Source of the DNA: a phage
DNA length: 64,000 nt
Direction: 5' to 3' (one strand)
Sequence record: PZ347661.1
Below, piece after piece: positions 1 to 8,088 of the stretch. Below the pieces are notes generated by a model. It was not told the origin of the DNA, did not search any database, and worked only from the letters and a program-made list of their open reading frames with translations. Both the position numbers and the translations under genes were made by a program. The number at the start of each line of letters is the position of its first letter. Position 1 is the first letter of the stretch.

Positions 1-34
1 GTGAGGGCTTTCTTGTATATATAGGAGAGTAAAA

Positions 35-349
35 ATGACCCAGAAATTACGTGTATGGCACATCCCCCAAGTGCCAATGAAGGCATTTCATGTAGAGACT
101 GATAGTCTTCAGGAAGCTGTTAAGATTAAGAATGCGCTAGCAGACTACGATCTATTCCAATATGAGAACAACGTCAAAGGCGATTATGCTAATGCTAACG
201 GTATTGAGATGTGGGATGAGTCCCTCACTGACCAAGACCTTATTGATATGGAATTGGATGACCGTTGGGTAGATTGGTATATTGAAACTGAAGAATATTT
301 CTTTGATGACCCAGAAGAGTATCTGAATTATCTAGCCAAGCAAGTATGA
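35..349 (+). CDS. hypothetical strongly acidic small protein
   Basis: 104-aa ORF; roughly 24 Asp/Glu against about 8 basic residues; terminator immediately downstream. Confidence 0.45.
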   Translation: MTQKLRVWHIPQVPMKAFHVETDSLQEAVKIKNALADYDLFQYENNVKGDYANANGIEMWDESLTDQDLIDMELDDRWVDWYIETEEYFFDDPEEYLNYLAKQV

Positions 350-395
350 TTGCTTTATTTGGGGCTATAAACCCTGAAATAAAACCCTCAAGTTT

Positions 396-425
396 GACCT
401 CCCTATTGAAGGGAGGTCTTTTTTT
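396..425 (+). terminator. rho-independent terminator
   Basis: GACCTCCC-tattgaa-GGGAGGTC stem-loop followed by a T7 run. Confidence 0.7.
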
Positions 426-450
426 GACTTAAACATCCTGGAGCCAGGAA

Positions 451-639
451 ATGTATAAAGAGATTGCATTTTTCTCATTCTTACTTGGTGGTTTAATAGG
501 TGCAGGAATTGTAGCTATTTCTAATACCTACTTTGGTTCTACTCCAAACTCTCTAACACAAACCCTCAAGCATGAATGTGAATTGAATATCCCTCGTAAT
601 CAAAACTGTGTAATGCAGTTCGTACCGGAGAAAAAATGA
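451..639 (+). CDS. small membrane protein (hypothetical)
   Basis: 62-aa ORF with one hydrophobic helix IAFFSFLLGGLIGAGIVAI. Confidence 0.35.
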   Translation: MYKEIAFFSFLLGGLIGAGIVAISNTYFGSTPNSLTQTLKHECELNIPRNQNCVMQFVPEKK

Positions 640-896
640 ATATTCATAACCTACGTTTGGTTGAAAAACTGTATGAAGAATACAACGACAACCGGCAGCA
701 ATTAGCTAGTTTGAAGAAGTCACCACATATGGTGAAAGTATCATTCAATGATACGGATTTAGGACTACAAGCCCGTACAAGAATACTTCCTGAACTACTG
801 TCCTTTTATCAAAAGAGGATTGCTGTTTTAGAAAAACGCTTTGAGCATTTAGGCGTAGATTTATCACCACTCCCAGATGAAGGAGAAGAAGAGTGA
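636..896 (+). CDS. hypothetical protein
   Basis: 86-aa ORF, start overlaps upstream stop, same-strand operon context. Confidence 0.4.
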   Translation: MNIHNLRLVEKLYEEYNDNRQQLASLKKSPHMVKVSFNDTDLGLQARTRILPELLSFYQKRIAVLEKRFEHLGVDLSPLPDEGEEE

Positions 897-1102
897 AAGT
901 AACAAATCGTTCTGAGAACAATGAGGTAACTTTCGGTGATGTAGAGCCTGCTAATGGTTTTATTTATAACCAGACAGTGTGTCTAAAGATTCACTTACCT
1001 GAAGGTAAACCTGCTGCTGTTGCTGTAGAAACTGGCAAATCATTCTATCTATCAGCAAATACATATGTAACACCAATAAACCTGGAAGGATATTACCTTT
1101 GA
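893..1102 (+). CDS. hypothetical protein
   Basis: 69-aa ORF, 4-nt overlap with upstream gene. Confidence 0.35.
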   Translation: MKVTNRSENNEVTFGDVEPANGFIYNQTVCLKIHLPEGKPAAVAVETGKSFYLSANTYVTPINLEGYYL

Positions 1103-1284
1103 AACTTACCCAGTCCCAAGCAATCTTCCTTCGTATGGTTCAAGGTGGTTCTGCCACCAGCAACCGTAATAACAAAACCGCACAGTCTCTTAAGAAGCTG
1201 GGCTTAGTACAGTTCAATACTGGTCTTGGGTGGTCATTAACCCCTATCGGTGTACTTCAACTTAACGAAATGAAAGGTAACTAA
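1099..1284 (+). CDS. hypothetical protein
   Basis: 61-aa ORF, 4-nt overlap with upstream gene. Confidence 0.35.
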   Translation: MKLTQSQAIFLRMVQGGSATSNRNNKTAQSLKKLGLVQFNTGLGWSLTPIGVLQLNEMKGN

Positions 1285-1614
1285 ATGAAAACTTTACTTA
1301 AAGGTATTGCAGTAGCCGCACTGATAGCTTTGGCCCCAAGTGCACAAGCAATTGAACCAGAACCAATTCTGGAAGGTGCTCAGGCTTATCTGGATGACAC
1401 CCGTGATGCGTTCGGGCAAGGATTCTTCATGGGCAGTATGATCTCTTATATCGAGAGTACAAATAATTGCGTTCCTGAAGGTGTTAAGTATTCAGTCATT
1501 CTGCCTAAGATTGTCAAAGTAGTTATTTATGACTCTGCAATTCTCAAATTGAAGAATACATCTCAAATTGTTGTGTACTCAGTACACAAGGCATATCCCT
1601 GCACTAAATCTTAA
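1285..1614 (+). CDS. secreted/periplasmic small protein (signal peptide)
   Basis: N-terminus MKTLLKGIAVAALIALAPSAQA has n/h/c regions and an AQA-I cleavage-like site; 109 aa. Confidence 0.45.
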   Translation: MKTLLKGIAVAALIALAPSAQAIEPEPILEGAQAYLDDTRDAFGQGFFMGSMISYIESTNNCVPEGVKYSVILPKIVKVVIYDSAILKLKNTSQIVVYSVHKAYPCTKS

Positions 1615-1648
1615 TCAGTAATTCCATTAGCTTTAGGAGAGTAAGTAA

Positions 1649-2701
1649 ATGGCAAGCATTGACTCCTTGACTGTATGTAATTCACGTCAAGCTCGTAACT
1701 TTATTATCCGTGCCCTGAAAGCAGGTAACGTACCATTCCTGACTTCATCACCGGGCATGGGTAAATCTGCAATCATTCGTTCTATTGCAGAAGAATTTGG
1801 TATGAAGCTGATAGACCATCGTCTGTCTACTTCTGCTCCAGAAGACCTTTCTGGCTTACCATTCCGCAATGGTGACCGTGCAGAGTTTATCCCATTCGCT
1901 GACTTATTTCCTATTGAAGGGGATGCTGTACCGAAGGGTTATAATGGCTGGCTCCTGTTCCTCGATGAGTTCAACTCAGCTAAGAAAGAAGTAGTAGCTG
2001 CTGCATACAAACTGATTCTCGACCGTATGACTGGTCAGAAAAAACTACATCCTAATGTGATGATTGTCTGTGCAGGTAACAAAGCTACTGACCGTGCCAT
2101 TGTTAACCCACTGGGTACTGCAATGCAGTCCCGTGTGGTTCACTTCGAAATGGAACTTAACTTCGACATCTTTGTTGAAGACGTAATGATTCCTCAGCAA
2201 TGGGATGAACGTCTGGTTGCATTCTTACATGCTAACCCCGGTTACCTGCATGACTTCGACCCGGCACATAAGAACAAAACATTCTGTTGTCCTCGTACCT
2301 GGGACTTTGTTAACAAAGACCTCAAGAACTTGCCAGAAGGTGCTCTGCCTGATGAAGATTCTATCTACTATGCAGGTCACGTTACTGCTGGTAAGGCTAC
2401 AGAATTTGTTCAGTTTACCCAGGTGTACAATCGTATCATTACGATTGAGAAGGTAGTCAAAGACCCACTGGGCTGTGCACTACCGGATGATAACAACCTG
2501 TGTTGGGCTACTGTTAACCATCTGGCTAACAAAACTACTGAAGAGAACTTTGTTGATGTTCTTCGGTATATTGAACGCTTTAAAACGTTCACCCATAGGA
2601 TTCTATACTTCCGTACAGTAGGCAATGCATTACCAGATCTTCAGGCTACCCCTGAATGGCGTAAGGCTGCTGCTAATATCTCTCGCTACATTCACGGATA
2701 A
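1649..2701 (+). CDS. MoxR-like AAA+ ATPase
   Basis: Walker A SPGMGKSAI, Walker B LLFLDEFN, MoxR/AAA_5-like length of 350 aa. Confidence 0.75.
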   Translation: MASIDSLTVCNSRQARNFIIRALKAGNVPFLTSSPGMGKSAIIRSIAEEFGMKLIDHRLSTSAPEDLSGLPFRNGDRAEFIPFADLFPIEGDAVPKGYNGWLLFLDEFNSAKKEVVAAAYKLILDRMTGQKKLHPNVMIVCAGNKATDRAIVNPLGTAMQSRVVHFEMELNFDIFVEDVMIPQQWDERLVAFLHANPGYLHDFDPAHKNKTFCCPRTWDFVNKDLKNLPEGALPDEDSIYYAGHVTAGKATEFVQFTQVYNRIITIEKVVKDPLGCALPDDNNLCWATVNHLANKTTEENFVDVLRYIERFKTFTHRILYFRTVGNALPDLQATPEWRKAAANISRYIHG

Positions 2702-2708
2702 TCACAAC

Positions 2709-3884
2709 ATGAACCAATTTCCTCAGCACACACTTAGTGATGAACAACTCATGCGTGAGTATGACCGTATTCAGGCCCAAGCCTTCCTGGGCAAGTCTGC
2801 TGCGTTCTTTGGTTCATTACTGTGTAGTCTTAAATTCTCATGGAAACGTGAGGATTGTCCCACTGCATGTACTGATGGGATAGAACTTCATTTCAACCCA
2901 GACTTCTTTATCTGGATGTGTCCAGATGTAAGAGAAACAGTATTAATGCACGAACTATGGCATGTAGCATATCTACATGACATCCGTCGTGGAAGCCGTG
3001 ACCCGGAAGTCTGGAACCAGGCATGTGACCACTTCATTAACCTTCAGTTAGAAGAGGATGGTTACAAGTTCACTGGTATCGACAAGGGCATTTGCAAAGA
3101 CCCTAAATATAAAGATTGGGTCGAAGAAGACATCTACGATGACCTGATGAAGAACCCTCAGAAAAGGCAGAAGCCGTCAGGGGGTGCTGGAGCAGGTCTT
3201 GCTGGCGACATGAAATCCCCTACTTCGGGGCAGTCCCAGGGTGCTGTCGTCAACAACGTAGTACGTGCAATGCAGAGCCAGAAGATGGCTGGTGGACAGA
3301 TGCCCGGTAAGGGTGCTGGTCGTATGGAAGAGGTTATTACCCAATTCCTTAAACCAGTAGTTCCCTGGCAGGAAGTTCTGATAAACTTCTTTACCGACAT
3401 TGATGACACCCATTATACGTGGGCCAGACCTAATCGTCGTTACACTGACATCTATCTACCTTCCATGGAAGATGATGAAGGACGCTTACGACACTTAGCC
3501 TACTTTGAGGATGTATCTGGTTCCATTAGTAGTGATGACTCTCTGCGTTTTAACTCAGAGGTTGCTTACGTTAAGAGCCAATTCAATCCTAAGAAGATGT
3601 CCTTAATTACCTTCGACGATGTTATCCAGGAAGAAATAGACATCACTGAAGAAGATACTTTCGAAGAGATTAAGATTACTGGTCGTGGTGGTACAAACCT
3701 GGAACCAGTACGCGAATGGATTATTAAGAATAAGCCAACCGCTGCAATCATATTCTCCGATATGTATGTTCGCCCAATGGAAGAATTACCATTTGATATC
3801 CCCATCATCTGGTGTGTTCTGAATAATCCCAATGCTACCGTACCTTTTGGGGAGGTAGTTCATATCCCTAAAGGAATGAAATAA
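2709..3884 (+). CDS. VWA-like protein with N-terminal HExxH (putative metallopeptidase-like) domain
   Basis: HELWH motif near N-terminus, Gly-rich linker, C-terminal VWA-like region; directly follows the MoxR ATPase; start moved to ATG 2709 to avoid overlap. Confidence 0.55.
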   Translation: MNQFPQHTLSDEQLMREYDRIQAQAFLGKSAAFFGSLLCSLKFSWKREDCPTACTDGIELHFNPDFFIWMCPDVRETVLMHELWHVAYLHDIRRGSRDPEVWNQACDHFINLQLEEDGYKFTGIDKGICKDPKYKDWVEEDIYDDLMKNPQKRQKPSGGAGAGLAGDMKSPTSGQSQGAVVNNVVRAMQSQKMAGGQMPGKGAGRMEEVITQFLKPVVPWQEVLINFFTDIDDTHYTWARPNRRYTDIYLPSMEDDEGRLRHLAYFEDVSGSISSDDSLRFNSEVAYVKSQFNPKKMSLITFDDVIQEEIDITEEDTFEEIKITGRGGTNLEPVREWIIKNKPTAAIIFSDMYVRPMEELPFDIPIIWCVLNNPNATVPFGEVVHIPKGMK

Positions 3885-4390
3885 TGGTTGTTAACGGTAA
3901 TTCTCTATATCGTTCCTCTCAGTTGCTGGATGTTCCAGACCATAAGGTATCTGAACACGGTGTAAGCTATGGATTAGGTGAAGCTGGTTATGATATTCGT
4001 ATCAAACAAGATATTACCTTCTATCGCTTATTTGGGTTGATTCCAATGGTGAAGGTCGTTGATGGAAATCAAGTATCACGCCATCTCGGTAAGTTCACAT
4101 TGGCTTCAGCAATTGAGAAGTTCAACATGTCCCCATCCTGTGTAGCTATCGTTCACGATAAGTCTACCTGGGCAAGACGTGCATTATCTGTGTTCAATAC
4201 CGTAATAGAACCAGGATGGAAAGGGTATCTTACCCTCGAACTGGTCTATCATGGTCGCAAGAAATTGCATATCCCAGCTGGTTCTGGGATAGCTCAAGTA
4301 TTATTTCATCTGGTTCAGGAACCTGCTAATTACAATGGCAAGTATATGAACCAGGAAAACAAACCAGTAGCTGCAAGAAGCAGCAAATAA
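3884..4390 (+). CDS. dCTP deaminase / dUTPase-superfamily protein
   Basis: Motifs NTVIEPGWKGYLTLEL and IAQVLFHLV...NYNGKYMNQ typical of the Dcd/dUTPase fold. Confidence 0.65.
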   Translation: MVVNGNSLYRSSQLLDVPDHKVSEHGVSYGLGEAGYDIRIKQDITFYRLFGLIPMVKVVDGNQVSRHLGKFTLASAIEKFNMSPSCVAIVHDKSTWARRALSVFNTVIEPGWKGYLTLELVYHGRKKLHIPAGSGIAQVLFHLVQEPANYNGKYMNQENKPVAARSSK

Positions 4391-4399
4391 GGAAACAAC

Positions 4400-4609
4400 A
4401 TGTCAGTATTTCAAGTAACTCATGCAACCTCAGATGTACGTTTAACCATTAATGCTGCAAATGTAATTGCAGTAGAACAGATTCCACAGTCTGACCATGC
4501 ACGCGTCATATTTGTAGATAATAACTATATAGAAACCAAAGAAACCTATCGTTCAGTACGCAATTACCTGAAGAAAGCTCTTGCTCCTGCAAGCAAAGAC
4601 GCTGAGTAA
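4400..4609 (+). CDS. hypothetical protein
   Basis: 69-aa ORF in operon context. Confidence 0.4.
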   Translation: MSVFQVTHATSDVRLTINAANVIAVEQIPQSDHARVIFVDNNYIETKETYRSVRNYLKKALAPASKDAE

Positions 4610-4682
4610 GTAGCTGCCTAAATAGCCCAACATAGTTGGGCTATTTGTGAAGAAACTAACTCAACCTCACATAGGAACCATC

Positions 4683-4925
4683 ATGGAATCTTTAGCAGCA
4701 ATCCTTGTTTTCTTATTCATATTGGCTGTATACCTTATCCCTACTATCATTGCTTTTTCACGAGGCCATGTCTCTAAGTGGGGCATTGGTGTACTCAATA
4801 TCGTATTAGGCTGGTCACTGGTATTCTGGGTAGTAGCACTGATTTGGTCACTGTCCAACAAAGGGCAGAACCAGGTTACAAATGTAACCGTTGTTCAAAC
4901 CAATGGTGGCAGTAAAACAGAGTAA
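4683..4925 (+). CDS. superinfection-immunity (Imm)-like two-TM membrane protein
   Basis: YLIPTIIAFSRGH...LNIVLGWSLVFWVVALIWSL resembles the Imm-family pattern; two TM helices; ATG 4683 chosen (GGA upstream). Confidence 0.5.
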   Translation: MESLAAILVFLFILAVYLIPTIIAFSRGHVSKWGIGVLNIVLGWSLVFWVVALIWSLSNKGQNQVTNVTVVQTNGGSKTE

Positions 4926-4997
4926 CTAATCGTAATAGTCTCATGAGGCTATTACTGGAAGTTACTTCCAGCTCATTGCTTATCCATCTCCTAATCC

Positions 4998-5026
4998 AAG
5001 CCCACCTAACCCGTGGGCTTTTTTAA
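4998..5026 (+). terminator. rho-independent terminator
   Basis: AAGCCCAC-ctaaccc-GTGGGCTT followed by TTTTTTAATT. Confidence 0.7.
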
Positions 5027-5040
5027 TTACAGGTACTCTT

Positions 5041-5421
5041 ATGTCAAACAGACGAAATGGTAAGTCTATCCTGCAAGGACTGGACTTCAGTAAGCTGGAA
5101 CAAACTGCAATGCTTGCTTTAGGTAAAACTATCCATGACCAAGTGGAGAGTAAAATTGAATTAGATCTTTATGCAACAATGCAGACTCTTATTCAGAAAA
5201 AATGGATTACTAGCAGACTTTTTCCTTCATACATTCCCCCAGAACCTCATCTGAAATCTAAGGTAGACCGAATCATAGATAAGTTCTGGCTTAACCCATA
5301 CGGGGATGATATGCAACTTTATCTGACTCAAATACAAAAGAATCCTCATACTAAGGATGTGTTCAAGGGTAAAAGTACTACCCATCACTACCCCTGGTAT
5401 AGAAGAGGTAGTAAATACTAA
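5041..5421 (+). CDS. hypothetical protein
   Basis: 126-aa ORF after terminator. Confidence 0.4.
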   Translation: MSNRRNGKSILQGLDFSKLEQTAMLALGKTIHDQVESKIELDLYATMQTLIQKKWITSRLFPSYIPPEPHLKSKVDRIIDKFWLNPYGDDMQLYLTQIQKNPHTKDVFKGKSTTHHYPWYRRGSKY

Positions 5422-5864
5422 TGCGTATCCCATTCCTAAGAAAAAGGGAACGAAATCCTGTTCTTTATAATAAAGGCATAGAGGATGAGTATGCACTCAA
5501 CAGTAAAGCTCGTTCCTACACAACAAAATTATTTATGGGGACTAAAAACCCTGATAGATTACTGGACTTTGTTTTTGAACAAGTCTTTATCATATACAGC
5601 TTAGCTATGACTGCTGGTTCACAAGAAGTAAGTGATAAGGCAAGAGATGCTCTCTGTATGCTCCGTAAAGAGTATGAAGCCCTCATGTATGAAGACTTGT
5701 ACTCCTTTAAAAAAGAAACCGCTGTAGCGTGTTCTGTGGCTCTTACTGAAGGTGTAGCAGTATTACAAGAACTACCTCGTAGTGAGTTTAAGCTGGTATA
5801 TGTTCAGGTTAAGAGAATCACAGAGACTAGAAGTGGTATCACCAACTATCTAAGGTCATTCTAA
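5421..5864 (+). CDS. hypothetical protein
   Basis: 147-aa ORF, start overlaps upstream stop. Confidence 0.4.
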   Translation: MRIPFLRKRERNPVLYNKGIEDEYALNSKARSYTTKLFMGTKNPDRLLDFVFEQVFIIYSLAMTAGSQEVSDKARDALCMLRKEYEALMYEDLYSFKKETAVACSVALTEGVAVLQELPRSEFKLVYVQVKRITETRSGITNYLRSF

Positions 5865-6808
5865 TGATTAAGGCATCAGTAATTGCAGATTCTGTTCATC
5901 CAGAAACAGGAACTCGTATAACAACCTTTGAATTGGTTTATCCCCGATTCATTCACAGTGAGTTTATGACTCACCGTGTATTCAACCGTAATGCTTCGAG
6001 CAGTCGTGCTATTCCTACCTCTAAGCTTATCGAACAGGTTCGTAATGAACCAGTGATGCCAAGTCACTGGGGCAAGAACCAGAAAGGTATGCAAGCAGAG
6101 GAAGAACTCACTCCTATGGAGATTGGGGATGCCAAGTTTATCTGGGATAACGCTGCATCTGCTGCTGCTGTGTACGCTGAACAACTACGCCGTGGTCAGG
6201 TACATAAGCAGATTGTTAACCGTATTCTGGAACCCTTCACGCATATTCGTGTAGTGGTAACTTCAACTAGCTGGGCTAATTTCTATGGACTGCGTGACCA
6301 CAAAGATGCACAACCAGAGATTCGTGAACTGGCTCAAGCAATGCGTAAGGCACATGAAGAAAGCACACCAAGAGCACTATCATATGGGCAATGGCATATG
6401 CCGTACATTACTCATATTGATCGTGTTGGGGCTTACAATTTCTGCAAACGCAATCGAGTTACACGCGATGAACCAAGTGATGCAGAAGTACATGGACTAC
6501 TTCTTAAAGTAAGTGCTGCACGCTGTGCTCGTGCTTCCTATAACAACTTTGAAGGGCGACCTTCTACTATCGAAGAAGACCTTGGCTTATTTGCTAAGTT
6601 AGTGGAAAACCAACCTATTCATGCTTCTCCAACGGAACATCAAGCTACGCCTATGAACCTTAGTGAGAAGTACGTGAATAACATGAACCCAGTTACATGG
6701 GAACAAGGTGTTACATCCATGGATAAAGAAGGGAATCTGTACTCAGGTAACCTGCTTCACTTTATCCAATTCCGTAAATTAATTCCTGGTGAGACTATTA
6801 CTGAATGA
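5864..6808 (+). CDS. thyX: flavin-dependent thymidylate synthase ThyX
   Basis: ThyX signature region THRVFNRNASSSR (RHR-x7-S-x-R-like); 314 aa. Confidence 0.7.
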   Translation: MIKASVIADSVHPETGTRITTFELVYPRFIHSEFMTHRVFNRNASSSRAIPTSKLIEQVRNEPVMPSHWGKNQKGMQAEEELTPMEIGDAKFIWDNAASAAAVYAEQLRRGQVHKQIVNRILEPFTHIRVVVTSTSWANFYGLRDHKDAQPEIRELAQAMRKAHEESTPRALSYGQWHMPYITHIDRVGAYNFCKRNRVTRDEPSDAEVHGLLLKVSAARCARASYNNFEGRPSTIEEDLGLFAKLVENQPIHASPTEHQATPMNLSEKYVNNMNPVTWEQGVTSMDKEGNLYSGNLLHFIQFRKLIPGETITE

Positions 6809-7044
6809 AAAAACTAGCTCTATACGCAATGCTAATTAGTACCTTACTTACACTAACCTACGCATACAAAGTTGCCTTTGTCGTAGAAACAGATATGCAG
6901 TTCATTCGAGCTAGTATTCTGTTCTTTGTAAGTGAAATTGGTTTATGGTGTGTCTACTACTTTGCTCGTGATTATGAAGCGATTCGTGAGCATGATGAAG
7001 CAAAGGAACGAATGAGACGCTTCATTGAAGAAAATAGTAAGTAA
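6805..7044 (+). CDS. small membrane protein (hypothetical)
   Basis: 79-aa ORF with two hydrophobic helices. Confidence 0.4.
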   Translation: MKKLALYAMLISTLLTLTYAYKVAFVVETDMQFIRASILFFVSEIGLWCVYYFARDYEAIREHDEAKERMRRFIEENSK

Positions 7045-7050
7045 ACTTAA

Positions 7051-7076
7051 GACCTCCTCCGGGAGGTCTTTTTTTT
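7051..7076 (+). terminator. rho-independent terminator
   Basis: GACCTCC-tccg-GGAGGTC followed by a T8 run. Confidence 0.75.
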
Positions 7077-7104
7077 GGTTTCAATAACTGTCCCAGGAGG
7101 ACTT

Positions 7105-7329
7105 ATGGCAAGTTGGTATGCAACTATGTTGGAGAAAGACTCCAATGGAATATACAGAGAATCCGCAGGCAGTTTTAAAAACATCTGTATAGATGGGCGT
7201 TTATGCAAAATTAATGCAATAGACACTGCGGAAGAAATCCTGTCTAAAGAATCAGGGTATGCAGGATTCAAGTTAGAAAAACTTAGTAAAGCCTGGGATT
7301 ACAGAAATCCCATTGTTATTAAAAAATAA
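7105..7329 (+). CDS. hypothetical protein
   Basis: ORF with AGGAGG RBS at 7094-7099 and ATG at 7105. Confidence 0.4.
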   Translation: MASWYATMLEKDSNGIYRESAGSFKNICIDGRLCKINAIDTAEEILSKESGYAGFKLEKLSKAWDYRNPIVIKK

Positions 7330-7338
7330 GGAAACAAT

Positions 7339-7551
7339 ATGCCTGCTAAATATCGTATTAAAGACACTCCCGTAATGTGTGAGGGAGAAAAGGGTGACAT
7401 TGTATATGCCTGTATCCAGGATGATTTCAATGCTGCTCTAATGTTAACCCAAATGACAAATACACTGCATGTATCAGTAACACTGGACCCTACCGGTGAC
7501 TATCCATGCTTCCCTATTCCTGCCCATAACCTGGAGCAAATTCATGATTAA
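7339..7551 (+). CDS. hypothetical protein
   Basis: 70-aa ORF. Confidence 0.35.
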   Translation: MPAKYRIKDTPVMCEGEKGDIVYACIQDDFNAALMLTQMTNTLHVSVTLDPTGDYPCFPIPAHNLEQIHD

Positions 7552-7858
7552 CCCTGAAGTAATTCATAGTAAAACCGGTAAGGCTGTCCCGCTTAGTGAG
7601 ATTGCAGTAACTGGTGATATTGCTGCTTGTCCAGCTAACATCGCTTCTCTATGTATGTGCATTGCTGCATTAGCAGAAGAACGTAAATTATGGCTGGAAC
7701 CAAGCAAGGAGATGGTACTGGCTGGTATGTCTGAACTGAATGCTCTTCTGAAAGAAATGTATGACGAGAATGGGCAATTAGTTGAACCTACTGATGACCA
7801 AATTTCAGACACTGTAGTATTTGTACTACAAGCAATGGCGGAGAAACGAAATGGCTAA
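7544..7858 (+). CDS. hypothetical protein
   Basis: ORF with ATG at 7544 overlapping upstream stop. Confidence 0.35.
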   Translation: MINPEVIHSKTGKAVPLSEIAVTGDIAACPANIASLCMCIAALAEERKLWLEPSKEMVLAGMSELNALLKEMYDENGQLVEPTDDQISDTVVFVLQAMAEKRNG

Positions 7859-8045
7859 CGCTACAGTAAAAAACAAAAAACAATTCTCCATCACTATTGA
7901 TGGTTTATCTGAAGAAGATTTACTAATTCTGGCTAGTTTTATGCAAAACAGTCCTTTTGGTTACAGTCCTCATGAGGAACCGGAAAAAGAACGGGAATTA
8001 CGTAAAGTAATCTTTGAAGCCTGTAAATCGGCATTAGATTCTTAA
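7851..8045 (+). CDS. hypothetical protein
   Basis: ATG at 7851 overlapping upstream stop; 64 aa. Confidence 0.3.
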   Translation: MANATVKNKKQFSITIDGLSEEDLLILASFMQNSPFGYSPHEEPEKERELRKVIFEACKSALDS

Positions 8046-8088
8046 TAGTCATAACCAAGAAGCAACATTTAATCTGGAGAGTAAATAA

